Below are positions 1 to 8,510 of a DNA stretch of 64,000 nucleotides, piece after piece (positions within the stretch are counted from its first letter, which is position 1; every line of letters starts with the position of its first letter). The position numbers and the translations under genes were made by a program. This DNA is from an uncultured bacterium (GTDB lineage Bacteria > Chlamydiota > Chlamydiia > Chlamydiales > FEN-1388): contig CAZEQY010000014.1 in assembly GCA_964514655.1 (NCBI GenBank), positions 10,378 through 74,377 of the forward strand, read 5' to 3'. The notes below the pieces were generated by a model. It made no database searches, had not been told where the DNA came from, and saw only the letters and a list, made by a program, of their open reading frames with translations.

Positions 1-208
1 GAACTTCTAGTCCCCATAGCGCGTGGTGTCCGGCAACTGCTCTTTGATACGTATTTTGGTCGGTATGATCAACCACAATAAGTAAATCTAGATCGCTATC
101 ATCCGTTGGTGTTCCCCATGCATAAGAGCCAAAAAGATAAATTTTGAGTGGATGGTACGTTTTCACAAGGCGTTTAACGACTTTATTTACCATTTCCCTC
201 CCGATCAT
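1..208 (-). CDS. Nucleotidyltransferase-domain protein (pol-beta/MNT-like). The N-terminal part lies in the window and the C-terminus runs off the left edge
   Basis: Manual translation of the minus strand from ATG at 208-206 gives MIGREMVNKVVKRLVKTYHPLKIYLFGSYAWGTPTDDSDLDLLIVVDHTDQNTYQRAV... It has the G-S-x(10)-D-x-D pol-beta nucleotidyltransferase signature. It is missing from the ORF track because the window edge truncates it. Confidence 0.7.
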   Translation of the reverse strand, partial: MIGREMVNKVVKRLVKTYHPLKIYLFGSYAWGTPTDDSDLDLLIVVDHTDQNTYQRAVAGHHALWGLEV

Positions 209-307
209 TTTGCTCTCCTCTATAGAATCAATTTTTATTATCTCGAATTTATAGTTTTTCAGGATAGGAAAAAGAGATTTTTTTTATAAATGTAAACATT
301 TATTGGC

Positions 308-336
308 TTGACAAGTGGTGGTTAGGAATAGTACAC
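308..336 (+). promoter_or_regulatory. Promoter-like element TTGACA-N17-GTACAC upstream of family gene A1
   Basis: TTGACA at 308-313, a 17-nt spacer, then GTACAC at 331-336, 30 nt before ATG 367. The same architecture occurs upstream of A2 and A3. Confidence 0.45.
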
Positions 337-366
337 GATTTAGAAACTCTTCAATGAGGCAAGCTA

Positions 367-2799
367 ATGAGTTCTAGTAGTGTGTGTTCTTCGAGTGTAC
401 TGGCAGGAAGCTCTTCGCAGCAGCCGGGGGCGGTCTTTGGAGTAAAGCCGGAAGATAGGGATAAAATTGTAGCTACAAATGATCTTGCAGAGGGCCAAGC
501 CCGAGAGGTCTCTTCAAAGATTGCGGCGATTAATAAGCTTGTTACCGCGGCCATTGCTTCGTTGCAGGAAGTGGAAGATAAAATTAGATGGCGCCAAGTG
601 AGGGGTCAAGACCTTAAACATCTAAGTCCCGAGATAAAACGAATTGACGGGGAGCTTGATAAATGTGCACTCAGTTTGCATGATCCTGTCGCGGGGGTGG
701 ATACGGAGCTTTCTGCGCTCGATGATAAAAGCAAGATACCAGATCTTCTTGAACAAATTCAGGCTACAGAACGAAGATGCGCACTTGCCCAAAAAACGAC
801 AAAGCGGCTTTTAGCTTATACAGACTCTGCTAAAGTGTGCCAAGAGTATGGCACCTTTATGGATAGTAGAGGGCTCATTTCATCATTTTGTTTAAAGTTG
901 CAGGGGATAGGCCTTACAGACACTTCCCAGTGTCTTAGGGAGATTGATAGTATTATAACGGGGTGTTTTGAACTTGTTGCTCCCCAGCTTGCTGGTGACT
1001 TTACTGAAGCAAAACCCCTTGCTCAAAAGATAGGTGCTGTAAAGCTTGTAGAGCCAGAGCTAAAAAGTGAACGCCTTAAAGTTAGGGTGCGAAAAGATCT
1101 CTATAAACACCTTTTGGAGATCTGTTTGCAAGTTGTTAAAAAGACATACGTGCTTGATATTACCAAGTTTTCTTATAGAGAAGAAGTTCTTGAGGCACTG
1201 TTAAAGCGCCTTAGGCCTGTAGTGAATCCTGAAGATGTACAAGTTACAGATAGTGATGTTACTGCCCTTAAGGGAAAAGGGGATGCAAATTTTTACGTAT
1301 GGAGATATGCGAGCAGGTGGAGTTATGTGCCAGGCTATAAGGGTGATCGTACTTTAGGAGATTCCTTTGAACAAGATGTTGGCCAGCCACTAGCCGGTCT
1401 CATCAGTAAGCTGGCATCTAGGCCGGAAAATCTTCCATTCTATAGCGCCTGTCTTAATCGGCTTGAGCAGCGCTACATGCAAAAACTTAAAAGTCTTTCT
1501 GAGCGTGGGCCCGATATCCTCACCGACACAGTCTTTAACTATGCTTTAGGTCTAGAATATGCGTTTAGAGAAGCCCGCTCGCTTATAAAATACCATACAA
1601 AAATGGCCTCACAGCCTGCTGCGTCAGTATATAAAGCGTTAGAAAAATTACAGGTAGAGTATCGAGCTCTCAATCAAAATGGCGATCTAGGTCGTATTAC
1701 AAGCCTATATGAATCTCTTGTAGCCATGCAAGAAGTTGAAAAGGCTCGCCCCAAGCTTGCCAAAGGTGAACGTTTTAAAAAGCGCTTTGATAGAGCCTTG
1801 TGGCACCTTGCAGATCTTCTACGAAATATCCACGGCAAAAAAGACCCCGAGCTTTTAGCTTTAGTAGGAGAAGAGAAAGAGGTTGTAGCAAGAGTTTTAG
1901 GGCCAGCTACGATAGAGTTGCCAAAATCTACAATTATTTCGTTTATCGCAAAGCGTATTGTGGCCTACCTTGCACTATCTAGTCCTCGTCACGATATAGA
2001 GCTAGATATTGTGCTGCATGTGATGCGTGCTCATGTAGAAAAGGATCTTGGCGACCTTTTGAATAAGTATGAAGCAAAACGTAAGGCGTTGAACCTCAAA
2101 ACTCCTATCAAAGTGATAACAAATGCCCTTATAGCAGCTTCTGAAAAGACGGCATCTAGTGCCTATGCTAAAGCGTGGCAGAGATACTTTGAGTACCTCA
2201 GAAAGAATGCTGAAGAGCATGAGGTCTGCAAGGTGGTAGATGGGTTTGTAAAAGGTATTAATGGCTATCCGGTCATGTATCCGCCTGTTATGAACACAAG
2301 CATTGAGTTATGGCCTGTACATGATCCGGCTGAGTTTTTGAAAAAGCTTCATCGTGATGCAGACTGTGTAGATGCTATAGAATCTCAGAAAAAGCCGCTT
2401 CTTTTTAACTCGCTTGTCTTTCGCTTAGCGGCGTCTGCTCGTCATGCACGCTCGCCAACTGAGCAAGTACTTGCTCTAGAGAAGCTATATATACTTATCA
2501 CAAAAAAAGAATACACCCAGCTTGTAGCCTCTTTTGATGATCACACAAAGGAGATGATCGTTGAAAGCTCACTTGAAAAGATCATACCTACAAGCACAAA
2601 TTCTACCTTACTTATCGCAGAGGTTGAGCTAACACTACTTAAACCAAGATTTGAGGCGTACAAAGCTGCTAAAGTTCAAAGTAGAAATACAGTCCGTATA
2701 GAGAAAGCACTTATGAAGTTAATGAAGCTTGGATATATCGAAAAAGATGAAGCATGGCTTGCAAGTAAACAGGGAGGTATAGGCGCATGGAACCAGTAA
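367..2799 (+). CDS. Large uncharacterised paralog-family protein, module 1 gene A (810 aa)
   Basis: Long ORF with GAGG at 356-359 before the ATG. Ser-rich N-terminus MSSSSVCSSSVLAGSSS. Family motif 1 is FIAKRIVAYLALSSPRHDIELDIVLHVM and motif 2 is LLFNSLVFRLAASA. No domain recognised. Confidence 0.85.
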   Translation: MSSSSVCSSSVLAGSSSQQPGAVFGVKPEDRDKIVATNDLAEGQAREVSSKIAAINKLVTAAIASLQEVEDKIRWRQVRGQDLKHLSPEIKRIDGELDKCALSLHDPVAGVDTELSALDDKSKIPDLLEQIQATERRCALAQKTTKRLLAYTDSAKVCQEYGTFMDSRGLISSFCLKLQGIGLTDTSQCLREIDSIITGCFELVAPQLAGDFTEAKPLAQKIGAVKLVEPELKSERLKVRVRKDLYKHLLEICLQVVKKTYVLDITKFSYREEVLEALLKRLRPVVNPEDVQVTDSDVTALKGKGDANFYVWRYASRWSYVPGYKGDRTLGDSFEQDVGQPLAGLISKLASRPENLPFYSACLNRLEQRYMQKLKSLSERGPDILTDTVFNYALGLEYAFREARSLIKYHTKMASQPAASVYKALEKLQVEYRALNQNGDLGRITSLYESLVAMQEVEKARPKLAKGERFKKRFDRALWHLADLLRNIHGKKDPELLALVGEEKEVVARVLGPATIELPKSTIISFIAKRIVAYLALSSPRHDIELDIVLHVMRAHVEKDLGDLLNKYEAKRKALNLKTPIKVITNALIAASEKTASSAYAKAWQRYFEYLRKNAEEHEVCKVVDGFVKGINGYPVMYPPVMNTSIELWPVHDPAEFLKKLHRDADCVDAIESQKKPLLFNSLVFRLAASARHARSPTEQVLALEKLYILITKKEYTQLVASFDDHTKEMIVESSLEKIIPTSTNSTLLIAEVELTLLKPRFEAYKAAKVQSRNTVRIEKALMKLMKLGYIEKDEAWLASKQGGIGAWNQ

Positions 2800-4967
2800 G
2801 AATTCAGGGAGTTTCTCCTCGGCAGGCTCTCAAGGATTTTGATCAAAAATTGCGTCAGTGTGAGCAGAAGGTAAAAGAGGCCTTTGATAGCTTTACAGCT
2901 GTACATAGCGCCTTTTACTGGCGAATGCCTCAAGTTGATGGTATTGAAGCTAAGGTAATACTTGCGTGTGGTCTTGTAGATCAGCTTCGAAAAGATGATA
3001 TAGGCGAGCTTGATAGGGCGCTAAAAACAATCGAAGATCCGGATGTACTAAGTGACAGAATGGGCAAGCTGCAGCAGTTAGAAAAAAAAGCGCTGCTTCT
3101 TGAAACAAACTACAGGCGTATAGATGCGCTACGTATGAACAACTATCTAAAGGGCTGTACGAAAATTCATGAGGCTTGTCAAAGAGTACTTGCTGTTATA
3201 CATGGAAGCCAAAACCTGACCCAAAAAGTTGATGATATGGCGCGCGAAGTGCGCTGGTGTGTGCTTAGTATACAGCAAGATGTGCCGGAAAATCCTTTTA
3301 GGAAGATTCAAGAGCAGGCCCAAGAGATGGTTGACATCTTTACAGCTGCATGTGAGCAGCTTCAGGCAATGATCGATCAATGTGATGAGGCAACGCGCGA
3401 CGCTCACAACACAACCTTTAGCCCGTCAAAAGAATCTATACAGCAACTTCGACAACAGCTGCCTCCACAACAGCAAGTTGAAGTGCCACAAGAGGCATTT
3501 GCAGAATATGAGAAGACACATGGGCCATCCTGGACAGGTTGGGCCTTATCTAAGCTTGGTTTATTCCAGCTTCCCGGTGAAGATGGAAAATTTTTGCAGC
3601 AGGTACATGCTGCAAGAAGTAAAGGGTCTCATGATGATCTTATAAAAACTATTGATTTGATCCTGGCTGGAGATGCAAGTACGCTTCTTGATCGCATTGC
3701 AAAGCATGCTCATGTGCTTGCAGCACTTAGGCAAGATCTTGATGCTATTCGTACAAGGGTAGGGCTACAAATATCCCTTCGAGACGCCGTGAACTGCTTT
3801 ACTTTTGAGCTTGTAGAACAGCAAGCGATGCTTGATCATATTGCAGCTCTTGCAAAAGAGGCTTCACTTGCAAAATATAAAGCTCACGCTGCTTTTAGGG
3901 CTGCACTTAGTGCTCGGACGGTGTTTACAATGTTTACAGTCGGAAGTCAAATAGCAGCTTCTAGCAACACTGTTCAAGAGTTATATAGAAAGCATGCAGA
4001 TAGAGCACTTGTCCTTCAGGGGCCTGATGATATACTAACGCGGATTACCCGAGTCTTATATCTACCTGTAGCATTACATGATATAGGAGAGCTAGAGCTT
4101 GCACTACATGGCAGCATGCTACCTAATGATCAAGAAAGCAAGGTGATTATAGATGCCTATAAGGTGAAGTGTACTCCTCAAGTTCTAGAGCTTGCAAAGG
4201 CGGAGCTTCCCTTTATACAACAGCCTTTTAGCGTGCTTCATCTTGCAGAGGCCTGGCAGCGAGTGGTTGAATTTAGTGCTCAGGAGCAAGCTCCAAAGTA
4301 TCTTACCGAGTTTTTGTACAGTAAAATGGCTTTAGGGCCCTATTTGCTTAGCAAAACCGAAGAGCCGAACACAGCTCAGGAAGAAGGGCTATTAGCAAGT
4401 ATAAATATAGCAGCAAGCGAAATGCAGGGTGACATAAAGGCAAACAAGGAGCGACTTCTTGAGAGCTTTTTAGTTCGCGCCATTGGCGCCTACCTTTTTG
4501 CAAGAGATCCTCGCATTAAAGTGCGCTATCAAAAGCATGTTCAGGATGTGCTTGAGCTTGATATGTATAAAGACTTAAAGGCAAATTTTAGGGCTACTAC
4601 ATTGCGCCTTATCACTGAATTTACCGTACGTAGGCCGGCTGCAGCAGGAAGATGCGAGAAAGAGCTTTTTCTTGCAGGCCCCGCATCACGATACCTCTCT
4701 GAAGGTTCAATCAGCGATAGCGAAGGGCTTATAGCAGACACGCTATGTCGTATGATACAGGATGAAGAAGGTCGTCAAAAGCCTGAGCAGATCGCTACGA
4801 CATTCTTTATAAATAGAACGGGCCAAGCGGAATTTAACTCCTGGTATCACAATACCTATCAGGTTTACTTGCAAGCCGAAATGCAAAGGGATAATCAATC
4901 ATCAGCAAAAGCTCAAAAAGCAGCCCGCAAAGTCGCGCTCTTTAGCGCTGCTTTTGGAGCTATTTGA
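2787..4967 (+). CDS. Large uncharacterised paralog-family protein, module 1 gene B (726 aa)
   Basis: ATG 2787 overlaps the A1 stop (2797-2799) by 13 nt, with GGGAGG about 10 nt upstream. N-terminus MEPVRIQGVSPRQALKDFDQKLRQ resembles B3 and A3. Motif 1 is FLVRAIGAYLFARDPRIKVRYQKHVQDVL. Confidence 0.85.
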   Translation: MEPVRIQGVSPRQALKDFDQKLRQCEQKVKEAFDSFTAVHSAFYWRMPQVDGIEAKVILACGLVDQLRKDDIGELDRALKTIEDPDVLSDRMGKLQQLEKKALLLETNYRRIDALRMNNYLKGCTKIHEACQRVLAVIHGSQNLTQKVDDMAREVRWCVLSIQQDVPENPFRKIQEQAQEMVDIFTAACEQLQAMIDQCDEATRDAHNTTFSPSKESIQQLRQQLPPQQQVEVPQEAFAEYEKTHGPSWTGWALSKLGLFQLPGEDGKFLQQVHAARSKGSHDDLIKTIDLILAGDASTLLDRIAKHAHVLAALRQDLDAIRTRVGLQISLRDAVNCFTFELVEQQAMLDHIAALAKEASLAKYKAHAAFRAALSARTVFTMFTVGSQIAASSNTVQELYRKHADRALVLQGPDDILTRITRVLYLPVALHDIGELELALHGSMLPNDQESKVIIDAYKVKCTPQVLELAKAELPFIQQPFSVLHLAEAWQRVVEFSAQEQAPKYLTEFLYSKMALGPYLLSKTEEPNTAQEEGLLASINIAASEMQGDIKANKERLLESFLVRAIGAYLFARDPRIKVRYQKHVQDVLELDMYKDLKANFRATTLRLITEFTVRRPAAAGRCEKELFLAGPASRYLSEGSISDSEGLIADTLCRMIQDEEGRQKPEQIATTFFINRTGQAEFNSWYHNTYQVYLQAEMQRDNQSSAKAQKAARKVALFSAAFGAI

Positions 4968-7710
4968 TAGTGACATCGTTAAACTGGAATTTTTGACAAA
5001 GGTCAAAATAGAGATCCGCAGCAAGCCCCAGCCAGCTGTAGTGCGTTCTATGATTATTGGGGTTATGTCTCAAAAAGCACTCTCTTGCACCATCTACGAG
5101 TGCTTGGGCCTCTTCATATGCGCGTGGTTTTTTAGAGCGGTCAAATGATCCTTCCTTTGCTAAAAGAACAAGGAACTCTTTATATTTTGTAAGTACCTGA
5201 TTCCAGAACTTTAGCAAGCCTTGATCTGAGCGGTGAGCAAGCTGTGCGCCATATATCCCGCCTATGGTATCTCCTTGGAGGGTAAAGAGCTTGTGTATCA
5301 GTAGTTCCATGTTGGTAGTGCCAAATGCAGCTTGCCACTGAGTATGCGTCTTGCTGGCAGGGTCTAGATACTCTTTCACAAGACCTGTGAGTATAAATTC
5401 ACCATGTTTAGTTTGTACGGGAGCGTCGCTCATAAATTGGTCTACAACCCATTTTCTTAGGAGGTCAAGGCCTTCTCTATCATTAGGTAGTTGATCACGC
5501 TCAAGAGCATCAAGTCGCTGCACAAGCTGTAGCGTGCTTTCTTGATCTTTAGCAAAGATGCTTGAAACAAGGAGGCGATAAAAGACTTTTGCGCGCACCT
5601 TGCGCATTTTTACTTCTAGAGCATCAGGTAGGGCTTTTTCAACTACCATTCCTTGTAGCTCAAGTTCAAGCCTTACTTTGCTTGTGATGGTGCTGAGTTC
5701 TTTTTCGCTTTCAAGCTTTTCTATTGAGATAGTGTCATACTCCTTATAAAAGCTCGGAAGGAGGTTGTCGTCGTTTGCAAAGAGAGGGTCTAGTTCATGC
5801 TTTAGCCACAAAAATCGCTCAAGAAGCATCTGAGCTTGGGAGACCTCTGCCAGGCGGAATTTAGCTTCACAGTAGGAGAAGACGCGTTCTAGAAAGCAAC
5901 ATCCCGGATTTCTTCTCAAGATAACAAGAAGGCTTACCATCTTGCCAAAAAGTTCATGGTTTGTGTCAAAGCGTGTCGTCTGGACGTAGTGAGTATAGAG
6001 TTCATGTAGGCTTTGATTAAACCGTAAGGTAGTCAAAAAGGCATCTTGATAAAGCTCATCGTATTTTAGTTTGTAGATGATCATGTCAAGCTCTGGATTA
6101 TAGTCTTGCGACTGGAAGTTTCTGCATCTTATAAACCCTTTCATAAGGCAAGACACAATCCTATCCGGCAAACAGTTTCCTGGGTCTTCGTCGGGACTCC
6201 TAAATTCAGCTAGGGGCGTTTGTAGCAAAAGCTGCCCAGCAACTTGACGCTCTTCTAGAGTAAGTGTGAGTGTTTTGGCGCCAAACCTTGCAAGGATATC
6301 TCTGGCAACTTCATAGAGAGTGTTTTGGATGGGGCGAGCGTTTAGTGTTTTTTGTAGTAGGCAAGCTGCGTTTGTTGCCCTTGTGAGCTTTTCTAGAGTT
6401 TGAGCAGGCTCCAAGAATTCGATAAGTTGCATGCATCCTTTTGCATAAGGGCGAAAGCTCCTAGTTGAAAGGCTTTTACATTGGTGCAGATCTTCTCGCA
6501 GTTCAACTACTTTTGAAATAAGCTTAGCAACAAAGTACCTACCGGCATGCACGCGCTTAGAATAGCGCAGTTTTTCTAAGTGATCTCGCTGCTCGTATAT
6601 AGCCTCTTCAAGACCGTCGAGCAGTACCTCAAGTTCTTTTACGTCCCGATTACCTTTTTGCTGTAAGCCGCAAAGGGCTTCTGTCCTAGCTTGTATTTCT
6701 TTTTGGAGCTGAACCAAGGCTTTAGATATGCTTCGTAAGCTGTCGACCTCTGTTCGTATCTCTTTGTAGATGTAATCTGCTAGGAGCTGATTATTACGAA
6801 AGTTATCCTTGGCTTCTAGTTTTTCACCTTGCCACTCAGCGATATACCTTGCTACGCTCTCCTCGACAGCTTTACGCTCTTTTCTCTTTGGAAGATAGGG
6901 GGCTAAAGACTTTTCTAGATTTTCTATTTCCTGTTTAAGAGTGCCAACTTGGCGTGCAGTGTCTTCGGGATTTGCCGGAGTAGAAGGGGTGTTTGACCAT
7001 ACCCATGATATCAATCCACCTCTATTTTGGGAAACTGAAAGCCTTGCAAGTTGCGCTGCAGCATCATCAGCAGGAGTGATGAAAGAGTTTGCAGTATAGG
7101 CGATGAACTGTAAAAGCTCTTCATAAAGTAGGGCTGTTTGGTGAGCGATCACTGTTTGGCTATGAAGCGTTCCTGTTTCTTCTTCAATTACTTTTTTAGT
7201 TTCTTGAAAAGTGCGCCTTAAGCCCATTATCTTTTCGCTAACGCTCATCTTTTCATTGGCTTCAAGTTCTTGGCAAAACCTCTTTTTCGTTTTATAGCAC
7301 TCTAACGCTCTATGATGGTGTCCGCTTCCTAGAATATAGCCAAGGTTTTGTCGCTGTTTATCTAGAATTGTGGTTCTAATCTCAAGCTGTATAAGGGCCT
7401 TAAAGGCTATTTGAGACCTCTTGGGATCATCTAAAAAGGCAATTTCTTGGATCCGCATTTGTGCGGCTTTCCAGAGTTGTGAAACTTGGATAAATGAATC
7501 ATCAAGAGCTTTCTTTTTTGCAAGGTGCTCTTTTTCGATAGAGCCTATTTGGCTTTGGCGCTGAAAAAGAAACTGGGCGGCTTCCTTCAGCTCACGCGCA
7601 TATACCTCAGTTGCTTTAACTGCAGTTTCAAAACACTCACTTGCTTTTTGATCGGCAAGTACAATGTCTTTATCGCAGGTAAAAACAACCTTAGCATTGA
7701 CTGGATCCAT
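4960..7710 (-). CDS. Large uncharacterised paralog-family protein, module 1 gene C (916 aa)
   Basis: Long ORF whose start lies 4 nt after the adk stop on the same strand. Motif 1 is DRIVSCLMKGFIRCRNFQSQDYNPELDMIIYKLKYDELYQDAF. Motif 2 is KVFYRLLVSSIFAKDQE. C-type signature is TQWQAAFGTTNMELLIHKLF. Confidence 0.85.
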   Translation of the reverse strand: MDPVNAKVVFTCDKDIVLADQKASECFETAVKATEVYARELKEAAQFLFQRQSQIGSIEKEHLAKKKALDDSFIQVSQLWKAAQMRIQEIAFLDDPKRSQIAFKALIQLEIRTTILDKQRQNLGYILGSGHHHRALECYKTKKRFCQELEANEKMSVSEKIMGLRRTFQETKKVIEEETGTLHSQTVIAHQTALLYEELLQFIAYTANSFITPADDAAAQLARLSVSQNRGGLISWVWSNTPSTPANPEDTARQVGTLKQEIENLEKSLAPYLPKRKERKAVEESVARYIAEWQGEKLEAKDNFRNNQLLADYIYKEIRTEVDSLRSISKALVQLQKEIQARTEALCGLQQKGNRDVKELEVLLDGLEEAIYEQRDHLEKLRYSKRVHAGRYFVAKLISKVVELREDLHQCKSLSTRSFRPYAKGCMQLIEFLEPAQTLEKLTRATNAACLLQKTLNARPIQNTLYEVARDILARFGAKTLTLTLEERQVAGQLLLQTPLAEFRSPDEDPGNCLPDRIVSCLMKGFIRCRNFQSQDYNPELDMIIYKLKYDELYQDAFLTTLRFNQSLHELYTHYVQTTRFDTNHELFGKMVSLLVILRRNPGCCFLERVFSYCEAKFRLAEVSQAQMLLERFLWLKHELDPLFANDDNLLPSFYKEYDTISIEKLESEKELSTITSKVRLELELQGMVVEKALPDALEVKMRKVRAKVFYRLLVSSIFAKDQESTLQLVQRLDALERDQLPNDREGLDLLRKWVVDQFMSDAPVQTKHGEFILTGLVKEYLDPASKTHTQWQAAFGTTNMELLIHKLFTLQGDTIGGIYGAQLAHRSDQGLLKFWNQVLTKYKEFLVLLAKEGSFDRSKKPRAYEEAQALVDGARECFLRHNPNNHRTHYSWLGLAADLYFDLCQKFQFNDVTIK

Positions 7711-7714
7711 TGCA

Positions 7715-8386
7715 TCACGAACGTATAGCGGTTAATAGGGCATTAAAGACCTGTTCTTGGTCTTGTTCGCCATCGATATTGATGACGCTACTTGTGCCTT
7801 TATAAAAGTCTTCCACAGGCTTTGTCTGGCTGTAGTAGGCTTTAAGGCGCTCTTGTACAACTTCGCTCGTATCGTCAGTACGCTGGATGAGCAAGGTGTT
7901 GCATTTGTCACAAAGATCCTCTTTTTTAGGAGGCTTTGAATCTATGTGATAGATACTATTACATTGAGGGCAGCTTCTTCTGCCTGTGATGCGCTTTAGT
8001 ACTTCTGCATCAGATACTACGAGGTTGCACACAAAAAGCTTGTGCGGGTGTTTGCTTAGATAGGTCTCTAGGGCTTGAGCCTGCGCCACAGTGCGGGGTA
8101 CGCCATCTAGTAAAAAGCCATTTTGGCAGTCTGGCTTTTCAAGGCGGTCAAAGAGCATATCTAGAGTTACGCTATCGGGAACAAGTTTTCCCGCATCCAT
8201 AAATTCTTTTACCTTAAGACCAAGCGGTGTTGCATTTTTTATGTTATAGCGAAAGATATCGCCCGTTGAAATGTGAGGAAGGTTGAGCGACTGCGAAAGG
8301 CGTACTGCCTGCGTGCCCTTGCCTGATCCCGGAGGTCCCAGCAAAATGATAACCTGTTTAAAATCGCTAGATGCAGCTTGTGACAT
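7715..8386 (-). CDS. adk: Adenylate kinase with a zinc-binding lid
   Basis: P-loop IILLGPPGSGKGTQA, ISTGDIFR, and a CPQC...CDKC lid. I prefer the start at ATG 8386 (MSQAASSDFKQVIILLG), the canonical distance from the P-loop. The ORF stays open upstream to 8431 and 8488. Confidence 0.9.
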   Translation of the reverse strand: MSQAASSDFKQVIILLGPPGSGKGTQAVRLSQSLNLPHISTGDIFRYNIKNATPLGLKVKEFMDAGKLVPDSVTLDMLFDRLEKPDCQNGFLLDGVPRTVAQAQALETYLSKHPHKLFVCNLVVSDAEVLKRITGRRSCPQCNSIYHIDSKPPKKEDLCDKCNTLLIQRTDDTSEVVQERLKAYYSQTKPVEDFYKGTSSVINIDGEQDQEQVFNALLTAIRS

Positions 8387-8451
8387 ACAAATAAAAATCC
8401 CTGCTAATATACTCAAAATATACTGTTTCATCGCATTCATAGTACGAGGTT

Positions 8452-8479
8452 TTGACATTAAATGCCAGTCGAGGTACAC
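8452..8479 (+). promoter_or_regulatory. Promoter-like element TTGACA-N16-GTACAC upstream of family gene A2
   Basis: TTGACA at 8452-8457, a 16-nt spacer, then GTACAC at 8474-8479, 31 nt before ATG 8511. Confidence 0.45.
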
Positions 8480-8510
8480 AGGTATCATAACTTCTTTAGG
8501 GGTAATTGGT

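Noticed and set aside
8283-8510. N-terminal 76-codon extension of the 920-aa ORF-track entry (8283..11045)
   Set aside because: It runs antisense through the adk coding region and across the TTGACA-N16-GTACAC element. ATG 8511 has an upstream AGGGG and gives an N-terminus like A1. The extension is most likely just open frame.
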